Below, piece by piece: positions 1 to 10,400 of a stretch of DNA of 41,341 nt (its first letter is position 1; the number at the start of each line of letters is the position of its first letter). The translations under genes were made by a program, and so were the position numbers. The notes below the pieces were generated by a model. It did not search any database and was not told the DNA's origin. It worked only from the letters and a program-made list of their open reading frames with translations. Where the stretch lies: IMG/VR virus record IMGVR_UViG_3300032270_000871, positions 1 through 41,341 of that record; one strand, given 5' to 3'. The DNA is from a virus. Lineage: Duplodnaviria > Caudoviricetes.

Positions 1-302
1 AGTTTTTTATGATAATCTTCGGCAAGAAAGAGTTCATACTCATCAGCAAGTTTCTTCATATCATCTTCCCTGTTGCAATCATTAAATGCAACACGACAAG
101 CACCATCCATAATGCCGTAATCATCAAACCCAACAGCACGAAGAAATCCCTTAAAGAGTTCAAAATACTGATGAGTATTCAAGTCTTGTGCGGGTGCTTC
201 AATAGTAATCGTCTGCTTATCAACGATTTCGGGAAAATACTTATTGTGAGATGCTTCTGTGTCGTTGATGTAGCAGAGTTTGACGGTTGCGTTGTAAGTC
301 AT
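1..302 (-). CDS. hypothetical phage protein, 3' end outside window
   Basis: Own translation: ATG at 302, MTYNATVKLCYINDTEASH..., open to the window edge; lies downstream of TATAAT at 326-331. Confidence 0.75.
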   Translation of the reverse strand, partial: MTYNATVKLCYINDTEASHNKYFPEIVDKQTITIEAPAQDLNTHQYFELFKGFLRAVGFDDYGIMDGACRVAFNDCNREDDMKKLADEYELFLAEDYHKK

Positions 303-325
303 CGCAGTTCTGTGTGTATGAGACT

Positions 326-370
326 ATTATAAGGCATCTGGTGGGGAATTGGAGGGGGATTGTGCCAGTT
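326..370 (-). promoter_or_regulatory. early-type promoter, AACTGGCACA-N29-TATAAT (copy 1)
   Basis: Motif recurs four times with near-constant spacing. Confidence 0.7.
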
Positions 371-551
371 CATTTTCTGTCCGTTTCCTCTTGAAATACT
401 CCTTATAATACTTCTGCTTCATAGTTTGAATATACTCATACTCCTCTGGTTCATCCAAACAATCCAAGATATAAGAAACGCCCTCTAATTCTCCAATTAG
501 ACGGGCGATTGTGATTGCAGATTGTGGATCAACGTTCCACTTACTTTTCAT
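327..551 (-). CDS. hypothetical protein
   Basis: 74-aa ORF overlapping the upstream gene in a co-oriented string. Confidence 0.65.
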   Translation of the reverse strand: MKSKWNVDPQSAITIARLIGELEGVSYILDCLDEPEEYEYIQTMKQKYYKEYFKRKRTENELAQSPSNSPPDAL

Positions 552-753
552 AGTATGCGCTAATTATAACATCATCCCAAGCACTCGGCAGCTGGTGCTC
601 TCTTGCTTTAAGATGATTTAAACCTGAAACTGGGAGTTCCATAAGTTCTGGATCGTGCAGCACTCCATCTAGCTGCTTTCTTTCGTTTTCTGTATGCGGA
701 TGTCTAAATGCTCCGTTATGCCATCCTTCCGTATTTCTATAAGTTCTAGACAT
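541..753 (-). CDS. hypothetical phage protein
   Basis: ORF 541..774; likely start MSRTYRN at 753. Confidence 0.65.
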   Translation of the reverse strand: MSRTYRNTEGWHNGAFRHPHTENERKQLDGVLHDPELMELPVSGLNHLKAREHQLPSAWDDVIISAYYEK

Positions 754-785
754 AATGTTTGTGAATAAACACAATAGTAATTATA

Positions 786-1016
786 TCACTTCTTGAATTC
801 TTTTTCAAGTTCCTTAGCCATCCTTAATGCATTTCTCCACATCAACCACTTCACAATTGGATTGGCAGGATTATAAAGCAACCACCACTTAGTCTTTTCG
901 TATTGGAACCTTATCAGTTTAGAGACTAAGGTAACAGCATATGCTACGCTGTCATCCGTTGCCACAAGGTAGAAGAGAAAGGTAAAGATCCCAAACCAAA
1001 AGTAGTAGGCAGTCAT
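786..1016 (-). CDS. hypothetical membrane protein
   Basis: 76 aa with hydrophobic N-terminus; ATGA overlap with the upstream ORF. Confidence 0.7.
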   Translation of the reverse strand: MTAYYFWFGIFTFLFYLVATDDSVAYAVTLVSKLIRFQYEKTKWWLLYNPANPIVKWLMWRNALRMAKELEKEFKK

Positions 1017-1189
1017 CCAAATTCCTCTTCTCTTCTTTTGTTCAGATACTGGAGAACCTCAGATCTCCATTCAAGCAGTTCATTAAAGCACTGCTGATTG
1101 TGAGCACATTGACGAAGTTCTGTATCTGCCTTTAGCACACTCTCAACAAAAAGACCCAGTGCTCGGTTACGCTTTTCTGCTTTGTCCAT
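1013..1189 (-). CDS. small hypothetical protein (58 aa)
   Basis: Own translation MDKAEKRNRALGLFVESVLKADTELRQCAHNQQCFNELLEWR...; preceded by ATTAAATA late-type box at 1209-1216. Confidence 0.75.
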   Translation of the reverse strand: MDKAEKRNRALGLFVESVLKADTELRQCAHNQQCFNELLEWRSEVLQYLNKRREEEFG

Positions 1190-1221
1190 CAAAAAAATGT
1201 GATTGTACTATTTAATCAAGT

Positions 1222-1488
1222 TTAGATGAATGGTTCCAGCGATGATGTACCTGGCTTTCTTTTCTTTGGTTTAGTTTTGATTGCCTTGGATGCCTTAATC
1301 TGTTTGTTGATATAGGACTTGGCAGTCACCAGAGTTCCAGCAACATGAACTTGTTCTCCGTTGTGAAGAATCATAAACTGCTTGCCAAAAGGGACTGCTG
1401 CCCACATTCCATCTTTGGTTACATAACCAGAAGGATCGGAAACTTTAGGGTTCAGCAGTCCGTAGTTAGAAATAAGAGGCAAATTCAT
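1222..1488 (-). CDS. hypothetical protein
   Basis: 88-aa ORF, TAATG-coupled to the upstream ORF. Confidence 0.7.
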   Translation of the reverse strand: MNLPLISNYGLLNPKVSDPSGYVTKDGMWAAVPFGKQFMILHNGEQVHVAGTLVTAKSYINKQIKASKAIKTKPKKRKPGTSSLEPFI

Positions 1489-1628
1489 TAGAATGCAGCA
1501 TTCACACTAATGACTTTTGCGGATGGATTACGTGCCAGAGCAGTACGCTTGGCATCCTGATAATCACGTGCTTCAACGAGTTCATAGAACACTTTGCCAG
1601 CGACGTAGAGTTCAACTTTGCATTTCAT
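1488..1628 (-). CDS. small hypothetical protein (46 aa)
   Basis: Own translation MKCKVELYVAGKVFYELVEARDYQDAKRTALARNPSAKVISVNAAF; GAGG RBS and promoter upstream. Confidence 0.75.
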   Translation of the reverse strand: MKCKVELYVAGKVFYELVEARDYQDAKRTALARNPSAKVISVNAAF

Positions 1629-1656
1629 TGGGGGAAACCTCTTTGGTTATGAGTGT

Positions 1657-1700
1657 ATTATAGCAGAAAGGAGCTCCCGTAGGAACCCCCTGTGCCAGTT
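1657..1700 (-). promoter_or_regulatory. early-type promoter, AACTGGCACA-N28-TATAAT (copy 2)
   Basis: TGC-TATAAT extended -10 at 1657-1665. Confidence 0.7.
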
Positions 1701-2926
1701 CAGCGATTGATCGTGCTGAAGGCAACCTCACCTTGATTGAAGATGATGTCCACGACATTCTGGACCTTCTGGGCAGTGCCCGTAGATGCCTTGTCAAAGG
1801 TCGGGCAGATGACCAGACCATAGGATTTGGTGTAGGAGGGCAGATCGCCCGCCACAAGGGCACCAGAGCGGATCCCAGCGGCGTCTTGGGGGTGCAGACG
1901 CAGGGTACGACCAACGGTCTGACCAATGCCCACGATGTCCATAGAGCGCATAAAGACGACTGCCTCCAGAGCACTGATATTGATACCCTCAGCCAGGATA
2001 CTGTGGTGCAGAACCACAAACTTCTTGTCTGCATCCTTGCCCCAATCGTTGAGAGTGTCAAAGAACACCTCACGATTGACCTTCTCACCGTCAATAAATG
2101 CACCGTGCTTAGACGTAATGTGCATCACAGAATAACCTTCCTCTGCCAGTTGCTCAGCAAAGTCAGTCTCAGACAGCAGACCAATGATATGCTTGGTTGC
2201 CTTCGCACAAATCAGAATCTTATCAACAGGATTGTCCTGAATGGTTTGGAGAAGATACTCACAGTCACGTTGAGCAATATCCTCACCCTTGACAGAGAGA
2301 CGCATTTGAGTTGCAATCACCTTAGGAGGAATGATATAACCGTTCTGCACCAACTGAGGAGCAGGAACTTTGGCGATGATTTGACCATAGACCTCAACAT
2401 CATTCATACCTGCTTTGCCAATTACATTACTGTACTTGGGAGTTGCAGTAAAGAAGTAGCAACGATTTGCCTCTGCAGAAAAATACTCTACAGCAGGAAA
2501 GAAGTGACGTTGAATGGAGTTATGTGCCTCGTCAAAGTAAATTGTATCCACCTTGATCTCTGCACGTTGCAACTGCTGCAGAGAATTATAGGTCGTGAAG
2601 ATGAGTTTGTGACCAGGAGTGGTAGAAGCAAACCAAGCAATATCACTGGGTTTGGTAGAAGAATAATGATGAGTCTCACCACTATGAACGTGCATCACAG
2701 AAGCATTAGTGATAAACTCAAGATACTCACTGGAAAGTTGCTCTGCCAGCAGAATACGAGGAGCAACAATTACAATAGTCTGAGGAGTTGCAGACAGAAA
2801 CTGATTGATGGAATCAAAGATACCCACGTTGGTTTTACCACCACCCGTAGGAAACACACAGATACCCTTAGAATGCTGTTGAAGCGCATCCAGAGCATCT
2901 TGCTGGTGGGGACGAAGTTGAAACAC
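1700..2926 (-). CDS. SF2 DEAH-box helicase
   Basis: Q motif LRPHQQ, Walker A PTGGGKT, DEAH, motif III TAT, motif VI QTVGRTLR. Confidence 0.92.
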   Translation of the reverse strand: MFQLRPHQQDALDALQQHSKGICVFPTGGGKTNVGIFDSINQFLSATPQTIVIVAPRILLAEQLSSEYLEFITNASVMHVHSGETHHYSSTKPSDIAWFASTTPGHKLIFTTYNSLQQLQRAEIKVDTIYFDEAHNSIQRHFFPAVEYFSAEANRCYFFTATPKYSNVIGKAGMNDVEVYGQIIAKVPAPQLVQNGYIIPPKVIATQMRLSVKGEDIAQRDCEYLLQTIQDNPVDKILICAKATKHIIGLLSETDFAEQLAEEGYSVMHITSKHGAFIDGEKVNREVFFDTLNDWGKDADKKFVVLHHSILAEGINISALEAVVFMRSMDIVGIGQTVGRTLRLHPQDAAGIRSGALVAGDLPSYTKSYGLVICPTFDKASTGTAQKVQNVVDIIFNQGEVAFSTINR

Positions 2927-2948
2927 GTTCCTCGTTGCGTATGAGACT

Positions 2949-3002
2949 ATTATAGCATTAAAAAAGGGGGCACGAAGCCCCCTGTGCCAGTTTCAGAACT
3001 GG
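2949..3002 (-). promoter_or_regulatory. terminator hairpin fused to promoter (copy 3)
   Basis: CCAGTT-N4-AACTGGCACA, hairpin GGGGGC-TTCGT-GCCCCC plus T6, then TGC-TATAAT. Confidence 0.75.
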
Positions 3003-3003
3003 A

Positions 3004-4029
3004 TCACATACGCACCAATCGGTTTTGATCTTCGGCATTGTCACCGCTCTTGATTTGGGGGTAAGCAAAATTGCGGTTGATGGGAAGTTTCCAATCATTG
3101 ACAACCATATATTTTGCAACTGCCTCCATTACTTTACGACATTCTTCCCACTTTGTTTCGGAATTTTGACGACGAGCAATAATAACTTGATCATTATCAC
3201 CGGTGTTTTCAAAGTGTTGAGCTACTTCCTGAACCTTGTTCGTTTCATAATACTGTTTCAAAACAGGGTAGATACGATCTTGAAAGTAGTGGAAAGGGAA
3301 AGAATAATCAATCTCAACTTCATCAAGACACTTTTGATCCAACCACTCACGACATTCATTATCGCGCCAAGTAATGGTTACGGTCGGAACTTCTTCGTTT
3401 TTAAGAACTTGACGAACTGCTTCATTCTTATCTTGAGTTGCCATATTAGGGGCAGACTCATATACAAAGTCACGAATTGCAAGTTCTTCTTTGTCAAGAT
3501 CTCCAGAAGCAATTAAACGAGAGCAAGATGCTACAATATCTTCAACAGAATGTGATTGTTGAGGAAGACCATCATTTTCTCGTTGCAACCAGATTTCACG
3601 GTTGTATTCGGCAGAACGGCTATCTTCAGCCTCAAACCTAACTACATCAAACCAGGCACCATCCTTGTACCCGTTGTAAAAATCTGCTTTCTTGCGGGTA
3701 ATGCCATTCTCTGCCTTAAAACGATAGCACTTTCCACTAGAATCAGTGATGATGGCAACACTAACTGCTGGCAATTCAGCAGTTACATCAATTCCAACCT
3801 TACGCGAACTGGCAAGACTTTTGATGTTGTTTTTCGAGGATCCTTTTACACGACCAGGGTTTTCTTCGGTTTCTCCCCAAAAAATATCAGCATATTCAAT
3901 ATATTTGCGATCTTCGTGAATTACACCAACTCCTCCACGAAATTCATACAGAAAATTATCAGGTGAAGCTTTCTTTAGATCATCATAAGAAATTCTTCCA
4001 GGAAGAGTTTCGGGGAAAACAGATTTCAT
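3004..4029 (-). CDS. hypothetical protein, possible ParB/Srx-like N-terminal domain
   Basis: Likely start MKSVFPET at 4029, downstream of a promoter; ENGITRKKA resembles the ParB DGxxR motif. Confidence 0.7.
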   Translation of the reverse strand: MKSVFPETLPGRISYDDLKKASPDNFLYEFRGGVGVIHEDRKYIEYADIFWGETEENPGRVKGSSKNNIKSLASSRKVGIDVTAELPAVSVAIITDSSGKCYRFKAENGITRKKADFYNGYKDGAWFDVVRFEAEDSRSAEYNREIWLQRENDGLPQQSHSVEDIVASCSRLIASGDLDKEELAIRDFVYESAPNMATQDKNEAVRQVLKNEEVPTVTITWRDNECREWLDQKCLDEVEIDYSFPFHYFQDRIYPVLKQYYETNKVQEVAQHFENTGDNDQVIIARRQNSETKWEECRKVMEAVAKYMVVNDWKLPINRNFAYPQIKSGDNAEDQNRLVRM

Positions 4030-4071
4030 AGTTTGTTGCCGCCCTAACTTGGCGGTTTTGATTACTTGGTT

Positions 4072-4125
4072 ACTATAGGACAAAAAAACAGGGGCGTCAA
4101 GCCCCTGTGCCACTTATGTAACTGT
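4072..4125 (-). promoter_or_regulatory. terminator hairpin fused to sigma70 promoter (copy 4)
   Basis: TTGACG-N17-TATAGT; the -35 box forms the loop of hairpin GGGGC-TTGAC-GCCCC, followed by a T tract. Confidence 0.8.
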
Positions 4126-4128
4126 CTG

Positions 4129-6381
4129 TTAAGCGAGTGCGAAGGAGGTTGAACCGATGCCAACCACATTAAAGATCAATCTGTTACCCGAGACCCAGAT
4201 TTGAGTAGCTGCATTATTAACACCACTTGCAAATCCACCTGTTGCAGTGATAATACCAGTATTACCACTATTCATAGTAATACCCGTACCAATTCTTACA
4301 GGTCCATTAGTGAATGTGGAAACACCAGTGACTTGTAATGTAGTAACGTTTGCAATACCACCACTTACGGTTGTTGAAATGCCTGCCTGAGTAGATACAG
4401 TTGCAAATCCTGCTACTGATGCAATCGTAGAAACTCCCGATTGAGCAGCAAAGGTTGCAAATCCAGCAACAGATGAGATTGTAGAAATACCTGCCCATCT
4501 TGCGAAGGTAGAGAACCCAGCATTTGCCGAATTACCATCCGTTGTTGCAACATCAAACCATCTGGTTCCGTTATAATACTGTTGAGTGCTAGTATTGCTA
4601 TTATAAATCATACCACCAGCAACAGTGGAAGCAATTGAAATACGTTGAGCTGTTGTAAGAGTAGGTGGAATAATATATCCTAATGTAGCGGCTAAACCAA
4701 CTCTACCAAAGTCAAAAATAGAACGAGGATTATAAGTATTAAATCCTACAGCACAGAATTCATTTAATCCTATTTGTGACCCAAAAATGGTCATTGATGA
4801 ATCAAAGTCTTCAGTTCCGTGAATTTGAATTTGACCATAGAAACCAGGATCATAAAGTGCCGTTGTTCCAATACCAATACTTGAAAGTTGTGAATGTCCA
4901 TTTACGGCAAGTGTAGTATTTCCATTAAAAAGAGCAGTCGTTGAAAGTCCAAGACTGTCAAAATAAGCAACGGAACTACGAGCATCAAAACCTACTTCTG
5001 GTTTGCTAGTTCCCAAACCAATGCTGCTAATACCAGTCGGATTGTATACATTTAGATTTGTAACTGTAGAAACACCAGATGTTGCATAAATGTTGTTATT
5101 AACAACTCCACCACCACCGAAAGTGCTTCCACTAACAGTAAGTGTGCCAGTTATGAATGCACTGTTATTAACATATAAATTGTCTCCGACATAACAATCA
5201 TTAGTAACCGTAGATGTTCCTACAACGTGCAGAGCATTTAATGGAGCGGTAATACCAATTCCAAGATTTCCATCATAGGTCAATGACATCAAATTGGTGA
5301 GATTTTGACCATATAACCAGTTAAATGCTCCTGTTCCTAGTCCAGAAGCACCAAGATGAATATAATTATTAACATTTCCAACATCATAATTAATAATATC
5401 TAAGGAATTTGGAGTGCTGTATGGATATAAAGCACTAGTGTTTCCGAATCTTAAAACTCCATTATATCCTGTAAGTGCAGTGCTTCTACCAAATGCAACG
5501 ATTGCTTCTGCACTATCACTCGTAACCTGCAATTTAGATTGTGAGGTTCTTCTAATATGAATATCACTAGATGGAGAATTGGTGCCTACTCCAATTGATT
5601 CGGCATAAAATCTCGTATAAACTGTTGAAACTCCTACTGAAGAAATACCGCCCCTAATTACAGAAGAAGTTATAACTCCAGTATTATTAATATTTGAAGA
5701 GGTTATATTTGATACTGAAATATTAGGATTTCCACTTAGGCTGAGTGCCGTTGATGCAATACCAACTAAAGTTCCATAAAACGTGGTTGCTGTAACAACA
5801 CCAATAAAAAGGGATTGTGGAATAACTGTAGATGGAAGACTACCTCCCGTAATATTAGATGCATTTATTGATGTAATTCCATATCCTGCACCAAAAAATG
5901 AAGTGGCACTTATAATACCAGTGGTGATGATATTACCATTTGAGTTAATGCCGACACCAGGAAGATTATCTAATGGATTAGCACCAATTTGAAGACTAAA
6001 TCTTGGGTCTAATGTATTAACACCTACATTTCCTGCGGCATAGATGCTCGTAAAACCAAGACCCACATCCACATCAACCCATTGTGATGTGGGAAGATTA
6101 GATAGTGTGGCACCATTTCCATAGAATGCAGTTGCTGTAACAACACCAGCAGATGCAGAAAGTTGAATAGAACCTACACGAACCTGATTAAATGTTGCAA
6201 CTCCAGTTACACTTAAGTTTGTTGTTGTAACAAGACCAGCAACTCTTACATTACCAAGAACATCAAAAGTTTCTCCCGGAATTGACGTTCCAATACCAAC
6301 CAGGCTTCCACGAACAATAAACTTGTCTACATCAACCTGTACACCATTTTTGAAGTTAAATGACTTATTATAATTTGCCAT
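4129..6381 (-). CDS. tail fibre-like virion structural protein
   Basis: 750 aa, G/S/T/V-rich with repeated VGIGT and GVST/GIST motifs; AATAAATA late promoter at 6396-6403. Confidence 0.8.
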   Translation of the reverse strand: MANYNKSFNFKNGVQVDVDKFIVRGSLVGIGTSIPGETFDVLGNVRVAGLVTTTNLSVTGVATFNQVRVGSIQLSASAGVVTATAFYGNGATLSNLPTSQWVDVDVGLGFTSIYAAGNVGVNTLDPRFSLQIGANPLDNLPGVGINSNGNIITTGIISATSFFGAGYGITSINASNITGGSLPSTVIPQSLFIGVVTATTFYGTLVGIASTALSLSGNPNISVSNITSSNINNTGVITSSVIRGGISSVGVSTVYTRFYAESIGVGTNSPSSDIHIRRTSQSKLQVTSDSAEAIVAFGRSTALTGYNGVLRFGNTSALYPYSTPNSLDIINYDVGNVNNYIHLGASGLGTGAFNWLYGQNLTNLMSLTYDGNLGIGITAPLNALHVVGTSTVTNDCYVGDNLYVNNSAFITGTLTVSGSTFGGGGVVNNNIYATSGVSTVTNLNVYNPTGISSIGLGTSKPEVGFDARSSVAYFDSLGLSTTALFNGNTTLAVNGHSQLSSIGIGTTALYDPGFYGQIQIHGTEDFDSSMTIFGSQIGLNEFCAVGFNTYNPRSIFDFGRVGLAATLGYIIPPTLTTAQRISIASTVAGGMIYNSNTSTQQYYNGTRWFDVATTDGNSANAGFSTFARWAGISTISSVAGFATFAAQSGVSTIASVAGFATVSTQAGISTTVSGGIANVTTLQVTGVSTFTNGPVRIGTGITMNSGNTGIITATGGFASGVNNAATQIWVSGNRLIFNVVGIGSTSFALA

Positions 6382-6401
6382 TGACGTTTTTTAGTTATTT
6401 A

Positions 6402-7469
6402 TTAGAGAGGAGCAGTATTATATACAGAAGCTCCAGATACTGTTCCATAATTTGTTAATGAAGACCCTGTTCCATTATTATAATAAACGATGGCATAACC
6501 AGCACCTCCTCCAGCACCTCCACTTCCCGCATATTCTCCACCTAGACCACTTCCATAAGAACTCTGAGCTCCATTTTGACCATTGCCACCACCACTGGCA
6601 TATCCGCCGCTGCCTCCCCAACCACCATAGGCATTACAATTGGTGGCACTGACAAATTGGCTGGAACCGCCGCCGCCACCACCATATAGTGATCCAGCAC
6701 TTCCATATCTTCCTCCCGATCCTCCACCACCTGCTGGCCATCCAGCACCTCCTCCTCCACCACCGCCGCTGGCACGGGCAGTAGCAAATGCAAATCCAAA
6801 TCCTCTTCTGTAGCGGGAGCGTCCATATCCACCACCACCGCCGCCTCCTCCGCCACCACCAGAGCGAATAGTTCCTCTATTTACAATCGTAGTTGGATAA
6901 TCAATTCCCAATCCACTAGTTCCTGTGGATCCTGGTTGTCCACTACCAGTTGAAGGTGATCCACCATCACCAGCATTACCACCATTACCACCAGAACCAA
7001 CAATTAATCCATTTGTTCCGTTTTCCAAACGAAGATCTGTTCCAGAGTCCCAATTTCCTGTTCTGAACGCAACTATTGTGGAACTTCCCTGAGTCGATCC
7101 AATTCGAGTATTCGTATTGATATAAACTTTACTTGTCCCTGTATTAGTTGGTTTTGATTTAAATCCACCAATGACAGATACAGAAACTCCAGATATTGAA
7201 GTAGGATTATTATATAAATTTCTGGCATTAACTCTGCTTGTCAAATCAGGCATTCCAGTGCAGTTCAAAATGACATTCAATCTTTTGCTATAAAAATCAC
7301 TAAATTTTATTGCACCAGATTGTGGTATTCCAGTATCCAGAGGAAGATTTGTTAATGTTCCTACGGTTTGACTAACTCTGTAGGCACCAAGATTTTTCCC
7401 TGTAGGAGATCCAAACTCTGCCGCAATTTCACTATATAAAAGTGAAGCACCAGAAGCCTTGATAGTCAT
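6402..7469 (-). CDS. glycine-rich adhesin (T2 gp38-like receptor-binding protein)
   Basis: Polyglycine runs separated by variable loops; immediately follows a fibre gene with an S74 chaperone. Confidence 0.7.
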   Translation of the reverse strand: MTIKASGASLLYSEIAAEFGSPTGKNLGAYRVSQTVGTLTNLPLDTGIPQSGAIKFSDFYSKRLNVILNCTGMPDLTSRVNARNLYNNPTSISGVSVSVIGGFKSKPTNTGTSKVYINTNTRIGSTQGSSTIVAFRTGNWDSGTDLRLENGTNGLIVGSGGNGGNAGDGGSPSTGSGQPGSTGTSGLGIDYPTTIVNRGTIRSGGGGGGGGGGGYGRSRYRRGFGFAFATARASGGGGGGGAGWPAGGGGSGGRYGSAGSLYGGGGGGSSQFVSATNCNAYGGWGGSGGYASGGGNGQNGAQSSYGSGLGGEYAGSGGAGGGAGYAIVYYNNGTGSSLTNYGTVSGASVYNTAPL

Positions 7470-10400
7470 TTAGTTTCCTCCTTTGAGTTCATTAATCTCC
7501 GCTTTAAGATCTTTAATTGCTTCAATTAAAAGTGGAACAAGTTTTTCATAACGAACTGCAAGATATCCATTATCTCTGGTGGTTACTGCTTCTGGAAGAA
7601 CTTCTAGAATTTCTTGTGCGACCACACCAACATCATTTCCTTCTTTATCTGATTTATCATTCCAATCGAATGTATTACCACTGATTGAAAGTACTTTATC
7701 TAGTGCATTTGGAATTGGAGTAATGTTATCCTTCAGTCTTTGGTCAGAAGTAGAGAATGCAGTAATATCACCGTTTGTTTCAATTTGACCATTTACAAAG
7801 ATTCTATTATTGAAATAGAACGTATCTGCAGCAACGCTACTACCACCAATGGTGCTTGCATTATCTACAAATTGAATTGTTGGACCGTAGTTATCAGCAC
7901 TATCATTATAGAAGTAAATATTGGAATCTCCTCCTCCATTCTTACCAACATACAAGTCACCTTGAACTGTGGCATCATTTTGGAATGTTGCGATGCCACT
8001 AATTCCCAGGTTGGAATTGAAGTTTACGGAACCATTAATTGTAACACTAGAGTAGAACGTAGAGACGCCAGCAACTCCTAAACTATTTGCAAGTGTGGTG
8101 ATTCCAAGTACACTCAGGTCATTATAAGTATAAACCTTACCAGTAAGTCCAGTTGTTCCACCAACAGAAATATTGGCACCGATATTTGTATTCTTAACAA
8201 CTCCAATACCACCACTGAAAACAACAGAACCATTTGTTGCTGCGGTAGAATCAGTTGTGTTTGTTTCCTTAATAAGAGAAGTAACGGTTACGGTTCCGTT
8301 CATCTTCAGTTCCTTATTAAAGGTAACTGGACCATTGAACTGGGAAAGAATGGTTCCAGAGTTACCACCCTGAACCAGCAGTCTTTCTCTTACCGTAACT
8401 TCATCATAAATGACACTCAAACGATTTGGATCTTGTCCAGTTACGGATGGAGTTGGAATTGCAAATGTGGTTTGCTCACCTGAAGATGCAGAGTACTTGG
8501 TATTACCAATGAAGAAGTCTCCATCATTGTTCATACCAGTATAAACAACCACACCACCAGATCTTTGTTGTGATTGAACAAGGAATGCTTCTCTTTCACT
8601 TAGAGTCTTGACTTGAACTTGTGGAAGACCCGTTGAATAGTTACCAGGACCATATCCAAGATATTCAAATGTTTGACCTGATGCACGAAGAATAGAAGGT
8701 CTGCGGAATTCAATGGCAATTGGATTAATTCTACGAATCAGGGATCCAGTAGTATGAGCCGCAACATTTGTTCCCAGAGCACCACGAAGAACTGTCAGTT
8801 TATCATTACCAGGACCAGACAGAGTGCTGCTGGCAACTCTCATAATCTCGGCATCAATTTGAATATAAGAACCAAGTGGGAATCTCTTATAGGTTCCGAC
8901 ACCAACAGTGCTGATGACCGAGAATGAAGTATCGTTTGCAGAGTTTGTTAATGTGGCATTCAGAGTTAGATATTCATTTCCAAAAATAGGAACATCACGA
9001 ACACCAATGTTCTCTCCAGTAGAATCGGAAACGGCATCATTTGCCGATAATCCGTGCTTAAGAATAAATCCAGAAGCAATCGAAGGAGAAGTTAATGGAT
9101 TATTCGTTGTCGCACTGAATGTTGTTGTTGTAGCTGCCTCTTTAACGATGTAATCACCAACATTATTATTGGCACTGGTCAGAATTCTAAATCTATTACC
9201 AGCAAGCAATCCGTGTGCCTGTGTTGTTGTAAATGTTGCAACACCAACAGTAGAGTTATAAATGACTGTTGAAATTCCTGCCGAAGGTCCTACCAAGAAT
9301 ACATATTGATTAGAAGCAACATATGGATCTCCAGATGTTCTTGCAATCGAAATAGTATTACCGGAAGGAACAGTAACGATACGAGCATAACTGTCGGTAA
9401 TTGTTCCAACACCAGTAAATTGAACTACCTGACCAATATTGGTTGAGATACCAGAAGTTGCAATCGTAACTGTTGCGTTTGCGGCACCACCAATCTTAGT
9501 AGTATCAAGATAAAGAGTTCCGCTTGAATATCCAGAACCAGGTGATGTAATATCAACGGATGTAACCGTTCCGCCAGTAGAAACAACTACCTTAGATGTT
9601 GCACCGTTCCAAGAAGTAAGTCCAGAATCATTATAAAGTTTAACGTTATAATAAGTTCCAGGTGATTTACCAGATCCACCTGCAAATGAACTATAAGTTA
9701 CAATACCAGAGAAATTGTGCTCTTCGGTAAAGGTGACTGTTGTGATACCTGCCTGAGTTGCCGTTAATGAAACTCCAATACCAATACCAAATTCCTGAAG
9801 GAAGTAATCAAGAGTTTCTTTAGTAATACTCTTCTTGAGATCGTTTGTTACGACATCACCAAGAGGCGCTCTCTTCGCAAATGATTTTGCTGCTTGTGGA
9901 TTATCATCAATATTATCATTATCTAATTGTGGGAATAGATCAACAACATTCTGTGCATACTTATATGAAGTAAATTCATTAGGAACAGTATTCCTTGAGT
10001 TCAGAACATAGAGGTGATAGATACCATCTTGAGTTCCTTCAATATAAGGAGTGATAACCTCATTACGATAGATGTAGTAGTTTGATTGAATATCTGCTCT
10101 CTGCCATCTCGGCAAATCAATAGATCTTGAATTCTGATCATAACTCGTAAAGGTTCCTGGAGTATGAAGAACTCCATCTGTATCAGTTGAAGAATACTTA
10201 AAGACCTTATTCGTTGGTATTGCAGTAACCAGGAAGGTTCCGTTATATCCAGAATTATCTGCCCCAGAAGTATTGGTAGAACTTACAACGTTCTTGACAA
10301 TAATCTTATCACCAACAAATAAACAGTGTGGTTGTTCTGCAGTTACTGTAATTGTACTTGTACCATCATAAGTACAGCTACTGATAAATCTTGGATTTCT

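Noticed and set aside
9-332. 107-aa plus-strand ORF
   Set aside because: Shadow of the minus-strand gene at 1-302, which has a promoter
1733-2944. 403-aa plus-strand ORF
   Set aside because: Antisense shadow of the helicase with no motifs; explained by codon bias
4030-4113. N-terminal extension of the 369-aa ORF
   Set aside because: Runs through the promoter/terminator element; the true start is probably 4029
4360-4525. 9/18-aa periodic AG(F/I)ST repeats in the fibre protein as a DGR or mobile repeat
   Set aside because: Degenerate at the DNA level, no reverse transcriptase or template/variable repeat pair; ordinary fibre shaft repeats
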